The position numbers and the translations under genes are program-made. The notes under the pieces are model-generated. The model made no database searches. It was not told the origin of the DNA and worked only from the letters and a program-made list of their open reading frames with translations. This document shows, in pieces, positions 1-9,285 of a DNA stretch of 64,000 nucleotides. Numbering within the stretch: position 1 is the stretch's first letter; each line of letters begins with the position of its first letter. Source of the stretch: a virus; IMG/VR virus record IMGVR_UViG_3300034111_000335, positions 54,887 to 118,886 of that record. One strand, given 5' to 3'.

Positions 1-2
1 TT

Positions 3-740
3 ATTCCTACTTTCATTGATCAGGCTTTACGCAAACTTCGTGTAATGGTATTGAAGCCTGAAGAAGCCGTACTTACTTTCTCTAATTATAAATCTGAATT
101 ACCCTGTGACTTTTCTTTGTTAGACTATGCTTTGATTTACGAAGCAGATGTACAATGGACTTCAGGTGTTAATTCTATGCAGGGATACTGGTGGCAGAAT
201 CTAGAATGTACTGGAGGTTGTGATGCAGGAGACTGTGTCAAGCAAGAAAACTATTACGAGACTATCAGTGTACCTACACCCGGTTTTAAGATTACTATGC
301 AACACCCTAAGATGCTTAGAGTGTATCATGGTTCTAAGACTATGTGTATTGAGGGTTGTGAAAACCTCAATGTGTCGTCAGCTGATGTATTACAAATTTA
401 TCCAAATAAAACAGTTAGTGCAACGTTTGAAACAGGTTGTGTTTTCCTTAGATATTACTCACGTCCAATGGACGATGATAACATACCTATGGTGCCAGAA
501 ATTCTTGAGGTTGAAGAGTATGTCAAGTCTTATCTTAAGTTTAAATTTTTTGAGCAGCTTTGGCATTCAGTAGTAGACGAAAGTCAACGTCAAGTAGAGT
601 CTAAGTTTCAGTACTACAGACAAGATCAATTAAATAAGTTACAGGCTGCTAATGGTTACTTGTTAACCTACACTAAACAGCAGATGGCTGATAACGTAGT
701 CCGTACTAAAAATCGCTTCACTAAGTTCCATATCTCTTAA
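3..740 (+). CDS. Putative tail tubular/ring protein (5' end outside the window)
   Basis: The frame is open from position 3 through the ATG at 45. It lies directly before the large tail-stabilization gene, as in crAss-like gene order. Function is inferred from position and size. Confidence 0.5.
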   Translation: MPTFIDQALRKLRVMVLKPEEAVLTFSNYKSELPCDFSLLDYALIYEADVQWTSGVNSMQGYWWQNLECTGGCDAGDCVKQENYYETISVPTPGFKITMQHPKMLRVYHGSKTMCIEGCENLNVSSADVLQIYPNKTVSATFETGCVFLRYYSRPMDDDNIPMVPEILEVEEYVKSYLKFKFFEQLWHSVVDESQRQVESKFQYYRQDQLNKLQAANGYLLTYTKQQMADNVVRTKNRFTKFHIS

Positions 741-745
741 GTTTA

Positions 746-3700
746 ATGGATAACAAGATCAATCAGAATGTAGCAGGTTTAAACCTTGATTCGGTTAATT
801 ACCAGATCAAGGAGAACATGATTACGTTTGCTCTAAACGCAAACATTCAGTCTCATGATGGTAACTCTACCACATACACTAATGAACCTTCTAACCAAAT
901 CTGTTATGACTTTACAACTAGTTATCCTGGCTATAGAATAGTAGGCACACTTAATATTACAGAACAATCTAAGTTAATTGTATTCCTGGCTCATCCTGAT
1001 GGACGTTCCTTAATAGGTGAGATAACTAACTTAAGTAAAGATTGTACTAGTCTTATAGAAACAGAAAAAGATTGTGGATGTATTTCTGGAACTGTTGTTA
1101 CAAACGTAGTTACAGAAGATAGTTCTTGTTGTTTGTTTACTCCTTTAGTAGTCGACAACTGTTGTGACTGTACAGACTGCTATAGATATGATGTACAGGC
1201 TACAGACAACCAACCTTTTACAGTTGTATTTGTAGACTGTAATGGAGTAGAGACAAGTGAGACGTTTCCTTCAGGAATAGGAACTTTTAAAGCAAAACGA
1301 AATAGGTTTATTTTACCTGTTAATGTAGAGATTTTATATTCAGTTTTAGACTCTCAAGGAATATGTATTCCTAAAAGTGCTCCTTGTTGTTTGGGTTTAT
1401 CTCCAGACTTTCCTGTATACTCAGAATACAGAATAGATAACTGTGAGACTAAGGTTTACTTTATTGCTCGTAATATACAACCTCGTTATTTCTCATTAGA
1501 AGAACCTTATGGCAGAGATCAATGTGGAGATGCCATTGACTGTATTACAGACTCTTGTGAACGCTTAAAACTATTTCCAGACTTCTGCCAACCTGATATC
1601 TATCCTACTGCGGTAGACTCAGGAGGAACTTTAAAAGGTGGAGTATATTCTTTCTCTCTTGCTTACGCAGATGAGAATGGTAAAGAACTTACAGACTACG
1701 TAGATTTCTCTAACCCGATTCCAATCTTTGAGAGGGCTATTACTGAACAGACTGAATACGAAACCTCTCAGTCTATTAGAGTTTCTATAGATCACAGTAC
1801 AGCAATCTTTGATTACTTTAACTTAGTTGTAGCTGAGAACATTAACGAAGTAACTACATACCAGTTGGTAGGTACTTATAGAGTCAACCAATCTACCTAC
1901 AGAGATTCTTTGGTTTATACAGGAGATTACTCTTCTACTTTCTCTTCTATTGTTCCTTTGATTCGTAGTCCTCACTACGAGACTGCTGAGATTATTGAAA
2001 AGCAGAATGACATTCTGATGTTAGCTGACTTAGTAGAAACTCCTAAATACAACTTCCAACTATTAGCAAACCAGATTAAACTTCGTTGGGAAACAGTTAA
2101 GATGCCTGTAGATAATAAGTTTGACTTCTCTAATCCAGAGATTGCTTATTTCTTCCGCACTTATCAAAGAGATGAAGTTTATCCTTTTGGTATTAAGTTT
2201 AAACTAAAGAACGGAAAGTATACAGATGTATTCCACATTCCTGGTAGAGAAGTATTTGTAAACTCTAACGAAGAAGAATTACTTTACTCTTCTAGTAATC
2301 CTGATGCTTTTGGTACATCTAATGATTGCATTGTAACTACAGCACAACCTAGATGGAAAGTTTACAACACAGCTACTACAGGACTTACTCCTCCAAACAA
2401 TACTCCTTCTTTGCAGGAAGTTCAATACTCTTGTAAGATTACTGTTGAAACATCTGGAGAGTTTGCTTACTGGGAGTCCACTGAAACTTACCCTTGTTAT
2501 GAGGATGTTTGGGGAACCTTAGCAGGTAAAGCTATACGTCACCACAAGTTTCCTGAGAATGCTAAGTCTCACATCCACGCAGATGGAGATGACTTTATTT
2601 ATCCTATTGGAGTACGTATTTGGAATGAGTCTTTATTCGAAGGCATACTAGACCAAGAAACTGTATACGATCCCTTAAACACTTACGGTAATCACCAGAT
2701 TCCTGTGAAGGAACTTATCTGTGGTTACGAATTGGTAAGAGGTAATCGTGTAAATAACAAATCAGTTGTTGCTAAGGGACTTATCTATGACGTAGGAACT
2801 TTTATAAATGCTAAAACTCAAAAGTCTTACTACTATCCTAACTACCCCTATAACTCTTTAGAGGATGATCCATACATTAAATCTACTCCTGATTGGTATA
2901 ATAAAGCAGATAGAGGCATTGAGGAGGATCAGTACGGAATGGAATTGCATAAAGGATTCGATACAATTGGGTCTCGTTATACATTCCACTCCCCTGACAC
3001 ACACTTCCAGTATCCTAAGATTGGTACAGAACTTAAACTAGAAACTGTAGAATACGGTAAAGTACAAGGACACTTTGTTCCTGTATTAGATCACCCTAAA
3101 CATAAGTTTTTAACCTTAGCTGATTATAGTACTGCTGCAACACTCGCTAATGCATTAGCTCTGGCATTTGAAAGTGATACAGCCGTAGATACTACCGTTC
3201 CACCTCCTCCTGGAGTAAGTACAACTGTTAGTAATAAATCTAAAACAGATGCACTTTCTATTATAACTAACAACCAAGCGTTTATAGACTTAATAGAAAA
3301 GTTAATTCCTTTAGCAAACTTTGCTTATCAGTTTAACTCTGTTGGGGAATATAAAAGATTCTTACCGATTACTACAGTAGGTAATAGAAGAAGATTCTTA
3401 GACATTGGACTTTACGCTAATGATAAGATTGTAGAACTGAATGATGACAAACCTATTCATAACAGATTAAGAGAGACTTCTGTTTATCTTAAGACAAACG
3501 GATCTTTCTCTACAGAATATGCAAGTATCATAGATAATAGTCGCTATACTATTGGACAAAAAAACTTAGCAAAGGATCCAGAGCAGATAGTAGAATCTGA
3601 TACTAGAGCTTACTATGCTTCTATCAAGAGAGATTTTCCAAATCAGTATGGACAGATAGAAAACATTAGATACGTTTCTACTGGATATTCTTGTTCTGTA

Positions 3701-5827
3701 TACACAGATATCTCAGGAACACTTAAGATTAAAACTAAGTACTATCCTGCATTCGGTGGAGACACTTACATTAATAAGTTTGCACTTAAGCGTAAGCACT
3801 CTTTCTTTACTCGTAACTTAGCTAACTTACCAGCTAAAGTAGATAATGTTCCTTTTGATTATTGGCTGTATCCTAACTTAGGATATCCTACTTACTACAT
3901 TGGAGAGTCTCCTGAAGATTTAAGTTCAGCAGCAACCGAAGCTTTAATAGCTGGGGTTGCAGCAGCTGCGGCTGCGGCATTAGCTGCAGGAGTTGTTACA
4001 GGAGCTTTAGTAGCAGGCGGTGTTTTAAATGCTGCTCTTACAGGAGTATTAGCTTCAATCTACAGTTTGTTTGTAAAGAAGAATAACTTAGATGCAGATC
4101 CTCAACCTTTCTTCTATCAGAAAGGATTTTTCTACACAGCTTCTTATGGTATTCCAGTATTCTATGTAGAGTCTGACATTAACGTAGACTTACGTCATGG
4201 AAGAAATGAATTAGAAGAAAACTTCTATCCTAACGTAGGAGATGGTATTCCTGATGACTGGTTGCATGAAGTAAACGTACCTATCAAGTTTGATAATTTT
4301 TATAGTTACAATGCTACTTACTCTGCACAGAACTTAAGTCCTAACTTTCCATATAGATTAAAGTACCCTAAATTAGAGTGTTTGTCTATTCACCATAATC
4401 GTGTAATTTACTCTGATCCTGCAAACTCCTCTAACTATCTTTCAGATGCTTGGAGAGTATTCCGTCCAGGTAATTTCTATGACTTCCCTAAGCAAGGAGG
4501 ACGCTTAATAGATCTAAATGCAGGAGAGAACGAAAGAGTATATGCTAGGTTTGAAAATACTACTAAGGTTTACAACTCTCGTATTACTTTAAGTACTACT
4601 TCTCCTTATCAGTTGGAGATTGGTAATGCAGAGATGTTCAAACAAAAACCTGTAGAACTTTCTAAAACAGATCTAGGTTACATAGGAACTCAACACAAAG
4701 CTTACGTTAAGTGTGAGTATGGAACATTCTGGGTAGATGCTAAACGTGGGCATATTTATCAGTTAACAAGTGAAGGCTTTAACGAGATTAAGACTGAAAA
4801 TAACTTTAACTGGTTTAAGCAAAACCTACCCTTCCAGATTCTTAAAGACATTCCTAATGCAGACATTGACAATCCTCCTATTGGATTAGGTATTGTAATG
4901 GGATGGGATGAAAGATACGAGAGAGTATTTATTACTAAGTTAGACTATAGAGTTAAGCCTGAGTACAGACCTGGTAACTCATCATTTATCAAATACATTA
5001 CAGACACATCTGATAGCAACTATCGTAAGTATGTTTTGGATAGTGGAAGTATTGAAGTAGAGATTACTTTTGGTGATCCAGCATTCTTCGAGAATAAGTC
5101 TTGGACAGTAGCTTACTCACCTAAGTTGAAAAACTTTATTTCTTTCTATTCTTTCCTTCCTAACTTCTTTGTTCCCCAATTAGGGCACTTCCAAACTATA
5201 ATCAATACTTCTACAGGAGCATCTACTTGGAATCATAACTTATCTCTTTACAGTTATCAGACTTATTACAATATACTCTATCCTTATATAATCGAGTATA
5301 ATGTAAACTCTTTCCCACAAGTATCTACAATCAACTCTGTTACTTTGATGCAGGACATTCAAGAGTACTATTCTGATTACGAGTACTATTCTTTGTCTAC
5401 TGCTAACAAGAAGAACTTAGCAAACTTTACTAAGGCTATCATCTACAACAAAGAACAGTCTTCTGGTATCATTAAGTTGATTCCTGAAGAGTTTGGTAAC
5501 ACAAGACAGAAGATTACCTATCCTAGAATGACAGCAACAGGCATAGAAGCTCTTATCTCTCGTAGAGAACACTTGTATACCTTTAATGGATTTTGGAACG
5601 TTGCAGCTCAAGGAAATGGTCAACCTCTATGGTCGACTCAGTGGAGTGACTTAGTTACTCAGTACCCTATAGACAAAGTACCTAATACTAAGAGTGTAAG
5701 ACCTGTGTCTGTATCTTATCAGAAGTCTAAGATTAAGTCTGACTTTGCTAAAGTCAGACTGATTCAGGATCAATACTCTAGATTTAAGTTTATTAACACC
5801 ATTCAAATAACCCAAACCAACCCATAA
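746..5827 (+). CDS. Tail stabilization / muzzle protein (P22 gp10-like, crAss-type)
   Basis: 1693 aa. N-terminal GLNLD..ITFALNAN, YQRDEVYPFGI, IRHHKFP, RGNRVNNKSVVAKG, FHSPDT and C-terminal SWTVAYS..FISFYSF motifs resemble crAss-like stabilization proteins. Confidence 0.7.
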   Translation: MDNKINQNVAGLNLDSVNYQIKENMITFALNANIQSHDGNSTTYTNEPSNQICYDFTTSYPGYRIVGTLNITEQSKLIVFLAHPDGRSLIGEITNLSKDCTSLIETEKDCGCISGTVVTNVVTEDSSCCLFTPLVVDNCCDCTDCYRYDVQATDNQPFTVVFVDCNGVETSETFPSGIGTFKAKRNRFILPVNVEILYSVLDSQGICIPKSAPCCLGLSPDFPVYSEYRIDNCETKVYFIARNIQPRYFSLEEPYGRDQCGDAIDCITDSCERLKLFPDFCQPDIYPTAVDSGGTLKGGVYSFSLAYADENGKELTDYVDFSNPIPIFERAITEQTEYETSQSIRVSIDHSTAIFDYFNLVVAENINEVTTYQLVGTYRVNQSTYRDSLVYTGDYSSTFSSIVPLIRSPHYETAEIIEKQNDILMLADLVETPKYNFQLLANQIKLRWETVKMPVDNKFDFSNPEIAYFFRTYQRDEVYPFGIKFKLKNGKYTDVFHIPGREVFVNSNEEELLYSSSNPDAFGTSNDCIVTTAQPRWKVYNTATTGLTPPNNTPSLQEVQYSCKITVETSGEFAYWESTETYPCYEDVWGTLAGKAIRHHKFPENAKSHIHADGDDFIYPIGVRIWNESLFEGILDQETVYDPLNTYGNHQIPVKELICGYELVRGNRVNNKSVVAKGLIYDVGTFINAKTQKSYYYPNYPYNSLEDDPYIKSTPDWYNKADRGIEEDQYGMELHKGFDTIGSRYTFHSPDTHFQYPKIGTELKLETVEYGKVQGHFVPVLDHPKHKFLTLADYSTAATLANALALAFESDTAVDTTVPPPPGVSTTVSNKSKTDALSIITNNQAFIDLIEKLIPLANFAYQFNSVGEYKRFLPITTVGNRRRFLDIGLYANDKIVELNDDKPIHNRLRETSVYLKTNGSFSTEYASIIDNSRYTIGQKNLAKDPEQIVESDTRAYYASIKRDFPNQYGQIENIRYVSTGYSCSVYTDISGTLKIKTKYYPAFGGDTYINKFALKRKHSFFTRNLANLPAKVDNVPFDYWLYPNLGYPTYYIGESPEDLSSAATEALIAGVAAAAAAALAAGVVTGALVAGGVLNAALTGVLASIYSLFVKKNNLDADPQPFFYQKGFFYTASYGIPVFYVESDINVDLRHGRNELEENFYPNVGDGIPDDWLHEVNVPIKFDNFYSYNATYSAQNLSPNFPYRLKYPKLECLSIHHNRVIYSDPANSSNYLSDAWRVFRPGNFYDFPKQGGRLIDLNAGENERVYARFENTTKVYNSRITLSTTSPYQLEIGNAEMFKQKPVELSKTDLGYIGTQHKAYVKCEYGTFWVDAKRGHIYQLTSEGFNEIKTENNFNWFKQNLPFQILKDIPNADIDNPPIGLGIVMGWDERYERVFITKLDYRVKPEYRPGNSSFIKYITDTSDSNYRKYVLDSGSIEVEITFGDPAFFENKSWTVAYSPKLKNFISFYSFLPNFFVPQLGHFQTIINTSTGASTWNHNLSLYSYQTYYNILYPYIIEYNVNSFPQVSTINSVTLMQDIQEYYSDYEYYSLSTANKKNLANFTKAIIYNKEQSSGIIKLIPEEFGNTRQKITYPRMTATGIEALISRREHLYTFNGFWNVAAQGNGQPLWSTQWSDLVTQYPIDKVPNTKSVRPVSVSYQKSKIKSDFAKVRLIQDQYSRFKFINTIQITQTNP

Positions 5828-5831
5828 TATC

Positions 5832-6212
5832 ATGAAAGAAAAAGAACTCTTTACAACAGTTAAACCCGAAATAGTACTGGGACAGTTATTTCAGTCTAGG
5901 GACATCATTCACTTAGCTCACTTACAAACAACTTCGTTTAGTGAGCACAAAGCTTTAGACGGTTACTACTCAGAAGTAATTGGTCTATTAGATGATTTAG
6001 TAGAAGCATACTTCGGAACTATTGGAAAACGCTTAAACTTTAAAATTCCTGGATCAGAGTATATGAATGCTAAAGCTCATCTTACTTACATGAAAGATTA
6101 TGTAATGAAGCATCGTAACGTATTTGGAAACGAAAACACCCACCTACAAAACATCGTAGATGAGATCATTGCTTTGATTACTTCTACCTTATATCAATTG
6201 ACACTAAACTAA
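5832..6212 (+). CDS. Ferritin/Dps-like four-helix protein (DUF5856-like)
   Basis: HLAHLQTTSFSEHKALDGYY..DDLVEAYFG and LQNIVDEI..LYQLTL match the phage ferritin-like family pattern. Confidence 0.7.
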   Translation: MKEKELFTTVKPEIVLGQLFQSRDIIHLAHLQTTSFSEHKALDGYYSEVIGLLDDLVEAYFGTIGKRLNFKIPGSEYMNAKAHLTYMKDYVMKHRNVFGNENTHLQNIVDEIIALITSTLYQLTLN

Positions 6213-6220
6213 ATAACTAT

Positions 6221-7114
6221 ATGAACCGTTTAAAGAAATCTTACTCTACTTGCATGAGTTGCGGAGGTAAGAAAATGAAATCAGGAGGTAACTGGATCAA
6301 GAGTGCTATTAAAAAGCCAGGATCTTTTACTGCACAAGCTAAGAATGCTGGTATGTCTGTACCTGCATTCCGTAATAAAGTACTTAGCAATAAGAACGCT
6401 TACTCTGCTACTACTGTAAAGAGAGCGAACCTAGCTAAGACTCTTGCAGGAATGCGTAAAGGAGAAGATGGTATGATTACACGTAAAGGAACAAAGGATG
6501 TAATAAAGTATGCTTCACGTGTAGAGCCTAGAGGTATTACTACTGAGTCTTCTATGGGTATGCCTGTTGCTCCTACTCCAATTGAAAGTCCAGCAAACTG
6601 GTATAACGAAAGTACTTGGGATAAAGCACAAGCTGAAAATGCAGCTCGTCCTGTAGCTAATACTCCAGTATCTTCAGATAATCCTTCTCCGTTAGTTAAA
6701 GGAGGAACAGAAAAAGTTAGAGCATACCAAGAAATGCTTCGTAGTTATGGCTACGATATTAAAGCAGATGGTGCTTGGGGTCCTAAAACACAAGCCGCAT
6801 ACGAATCTTATATTAAAGCAAAGGCTTCAGGTACAGCTAAACCTGCAGCTGTGACTCCTGCTAAAACAACTAGTAAAGCTTCTTCTGAGACTTGGAACTA
6901 TACTCCAGAACAGTGGGATAAATCTATGGCAGAAAACAAAGCAAGAGAAGCAGCACAGAGTATGAAGTCGTTTAACACAACTGTAAATACTGTTGTTGAG
7001 CCTGCATACGTTAATAAAGCAATTAGTAACTCAGGTAAGTATAAGGCATCTAAAGCAGCTAATGCTAAAAAGTACGTAATGAATAAACTTGACAAGTTTA
7101 ATAAAAAGCCATAA
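6221..7114 (+). CDS. Basic virion protein with peptidoglycan-binding (PG_binding_1-like) domain
   Basis: Basic N-terminal NWIKSAIKKPGSF..RANLAKTL module. VRAYQEMLRSYGYDIKADGAWGPKTQAA matches the PG-binding consensus DG.(F/W)G..T..A. Confidence 0.6.
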   Translation: MNRLKKSYSTCMSCGGKKMKSGGNWIKSAIKKPGSFTAQAKNAGMSVPAFRNKVLSNKNAYSATTVKRANLAKTLAGMRKGEDGMITRKGTKDVIKYASRVEPRGITTESSMGMPVAPTPIESPANWYNESTWDKAQAENAARPVANTPVSSDNPSPLVKGGTEKVRAYQEMLRSYGYDIKADGAWGPKTQAAYESYIKAKASGTAKPAAVTPAKTTSKASSETWNYTPEQWDKSMAENKAREAAQSMKSFNTTVNTVVEPAYVNKAISNSGKYKASKAANAKKYVMNKLDKFNKKP

Positions 7115-8544
7115 TGTTTGTCCCAGGAGTAAATGGTTCTGTAATTCCTAGTGTGTCCTCAGGCTCTAAGCTTAAGAGTGCATATAAGAATTCCAAAAAA
7201 CGTAAGATGCCTAATGGGGGATGGGCTAACTGGACTCCTAATACAGGAAAGCCTTACTTAAGAACTAGTCCTGCAGGTAATGCTGGTTACTCTGATAATA
7301 CTAAAGTAATTACTCAAAATACAAACGTTACTGCAGCTAATAGAAAAGCAGCAGAAGCTGCAGAGTACGCTAAACGTGTGGGTAGTATTAGTCAGGGTAA
7401 AGTTAAATCAAATTATGAGAAAGCGAAGGAAGCTACTTCTTTTGTAGCTCAAGCAGAGCAACGTAATGGTTCTGCATCCCCATTAGACTATGTATTAGAT
7501 GTTGTAAATCCTGTCAATTATGTTACTAATGCTATTGATTTAGTCGGTAATACAGGATCTGCGGTTGTTAATGCTTCTCAAGGCAATTTTGCACAAGCAG
7601 GTAGTGATTTATTAGGTGCAGGATTAAATGCACTTGACGTTGTGCCTTTAACCAGAGGATTAGGAAAAGTAGCAAAGCCTGCAATTAAGAATGCTGCAAG
7701 GCCTTTTTTAAACTATGCAGACGATATAGTACAAACCTCTAAAATTGCAGGTAAACCTGCACTACCTACTTATAAGAACGTATACAGAGCAGAGCATGCA
7801 AACTTTAATACTATGGCAAAACCTGACGATCTTACGGGTAGGTGGGCACTAGATAATCCTAAAGACGCAGAGTTTTATGTGAGAAACTTAAAAACTCCTA
7901 GAGGAGATTCTTATACTACAAGTAATTATTTTAAAGGAGAAGTAGAGCCTGTAAGAATAATGAGGGATAGACTTCCTGAGTATAAAATGAAACAACAATT
8001 TGCGGAAGGTATGCCAGAGGAAGCACGAATTATGAGTATGGGTAGAGGTAAGTTGACTGATAAAGAACTTGCTAGTGTTTTAGGTGACGATGCTGCTGAT
8101 AGAATGCGGAAGGGTATCCTAACAGAAATGGATTACAACACTATGTCTACTGCTCCTTTTATGTACAATACAACAGAGGGTATACTTGATGCAAACAGAA
8201 TGAATCAACTACGTAAGGGTGAAAATACTTTTTTAGGTCGGGGAAAAACTAACTTGTTTCCAGATCAAAAGCAAGCTATTGACTATATAAGTAATCAGTC
8301 AAAAGGACAAAAAAATAGTTCTTTAATTAGTAAATACCTACCTTTTAGTACTTATAAAAACGGAGGAGAAGTAGAAGATGATGATGATAAGGAAATGGTT
8401 GATGGAGTAGCAAGTATTCTTCGGAGAGTTAAGGACCCTAAGAACAGATTACAACTAGCTAATCAATTATCTAAACAGTTTAACAGAGAAAATGTAAAGT
8501 ATAATTTACCTTCCTTTTTAAATAAATCAAAAGTAAAGAAATGA
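7114..8544 (+). CDS. Putative internal virion protein with pre-toxin-like segment and possible ART-like domain
   Basis: GSDLLGAGLNALDVVPLTRGLGK is followed by VYRAE..TGRW..AEFY. The region is flanked by MPNGG and YKNGG motifs. Confidence 0.4.
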   Translation: MFVPGVNGSVIPSVSSGSKLKSAYKNSKKRKMPNGGWANWTPNTGKPYLRTSPAGNAGYSDNTKVITQNTNVTAANRKAAEAAEYAKRVGSISQGKVKSNYEKAKEATSFVAQAEQRNGSASPLDYVLDVVNPVNYVTNAIDLVGNTGSAVVNASQGNFAQAGSDLLGAGLNALDVVPLTRGLGKVAKPAIKNAARPFLNYADDIVQTSKIAGKPALPTYKNVYRAEHANFNTMAKPDDLTGRWALDNPKDAEFYVRNLKTPRGDSYTTSNYFKGEVEPVRIMRDRLPEYKMKQQFAEGMPEEARIMSMGRGKLTDKELASVLGDDAADRMRKGILTEMDYNTMSTAPFMYNTTEGILDANRMNQLRKGENTFLGRGKTNLFPDQKQAIDYISNQSKGQKNSSLISKYLPFSTYKNGGEVEDDDDKEMVDGVASILRRVKDPKNRLQLANQLSKQFNRENVKYNLPSFLNKSKVKK

Positions 8545-8990
8545 AACAGATGATAAAACGCAAAGATGGATCTTACTCACAACGTGGTTTGTGGGATAAC
8601 ATCCGTGCTAACAAAGGATCTGGTAAGAAGCCTACAAAAGAAATGCTTAAGCAAGAGACTAAGATTAAAAAAGAAAGTCGCTTAAAGAAAGCATACATGG
8701 CTAAGGGAGGAAACATTGCTAAGACTACTAAAGGTCCAGGAGCAAACTATCGTCCTACTAAATCAGGAGCAGGTATGACTCAGAAAGGTGTAATGGCTTA
8801 TCGTAGAGCAAACCCTGGATCTAAACTAAGCACTGCTGTTACAGGTAATGTAAAGGCTGGTAGCAAAGCAGCCAATCGTAGAAAGTCTTATTGTGCTAGA
8901 TCATTAGGTCAGTTACGTAGATCTAAACAGTCTACACAGAATGATCCTAATAGCAGAATCAGACAAGCACGTAGACGTTGGAAGTGCTAA
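8541..8990 (+). CDS. Small basic phage protein (RRKSYCARS..RRRWKC family)
   Basis: 149 aa, very K/R-rich. Contains GLWDNIRA and GMTQKGVMAYRRANPGSKL..RRKSYCARS..ARRRWKC, motifs seen in widespread small basic phage proteins. Confidence 0.6.
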   Translation: MKQMIKRKDGSYSQRGLWDNIRANKGSGKKPTKEMLKQETKIKKESRLKKAYMAKGGNIAKTTKGPGANYRPTKSGAGMTQKGVMAYRRANPGSKLSTAVTGNVKAGSKAANRRKSYCARSLGQLRRSKQSTQNDPNSRIRQARRRWKC

Positions 8991-8991
8991 G

Positions 8992-9025
8992 AACTAAATA
9001 AACTAAATAAACTAAAACTAAATAT
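8992..9025 (+). repeat. AACTAAA(T) tandem repeat forming an A-rich leader
   Basis: aactaaataaactaaataaactaaaactaaatat lies immediately before the ATG at 9026. Confidence 0.7.
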
Positions 9026-9181
9026 ATGGCCGCTAAAGCATCTAAATCAAAATCAACTTCTACTGCTTCTAAGTTTAAAGTTAAACCGAAAGTAAGAAGG
9101 AAGGGAGTAGTAGCAAAAACTAAAGCTTCAAAGTTAAAGTCTAGTAAGAACTACTTAAAGAAATCAAGAGGTCAGGGGTAA
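9026..9181 (+). CDS. 51-aa highly basic protein ending KKSRGQG (not in ORF track)
   Basis: Manual translation: MAAKASKSKSTSTASKFKVKPKVRRKGVVAKTKASKLKSSKNYLKKSRGQG*. Preceded by an A-rich leader and followed by a terminator. Confidence 0.75.
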   Translation: MAAKASKSKSTSTASKFKVKPKVRRKGVVAKTKASKLKSSKNYLKKSRGQG

Positions 9182-9204
9182 GCAATTACCCCTTGCTTTT
9201 TTTT
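9174..9204 (+). terminator. Rho-independent terminator
   Basis: AGGGGTAA-GCAA-TTACCCCT stem-loop followed by a T8 tract. Confidence 0.8.
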
Positions 9205-9222
9205 ATTAATCTTGTATATTTG
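9193..9222 (+). promoter_or_regulatory. Bacteroidota-type promoter (TTG..19 nt..TATATTTG)
   Basis: TATATTTG at 9215-9222 matches the -7 consensus TAnnTTTG. TTG at 9193-9195. Upstream of the cargo gene block. Confidence 0.6.
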
Positions 9223-9285
9223 TATAACTAGCTTATTCTCAAGCACTTATTAACATACTAAGTTAATAACATTAATCATTAAAAC

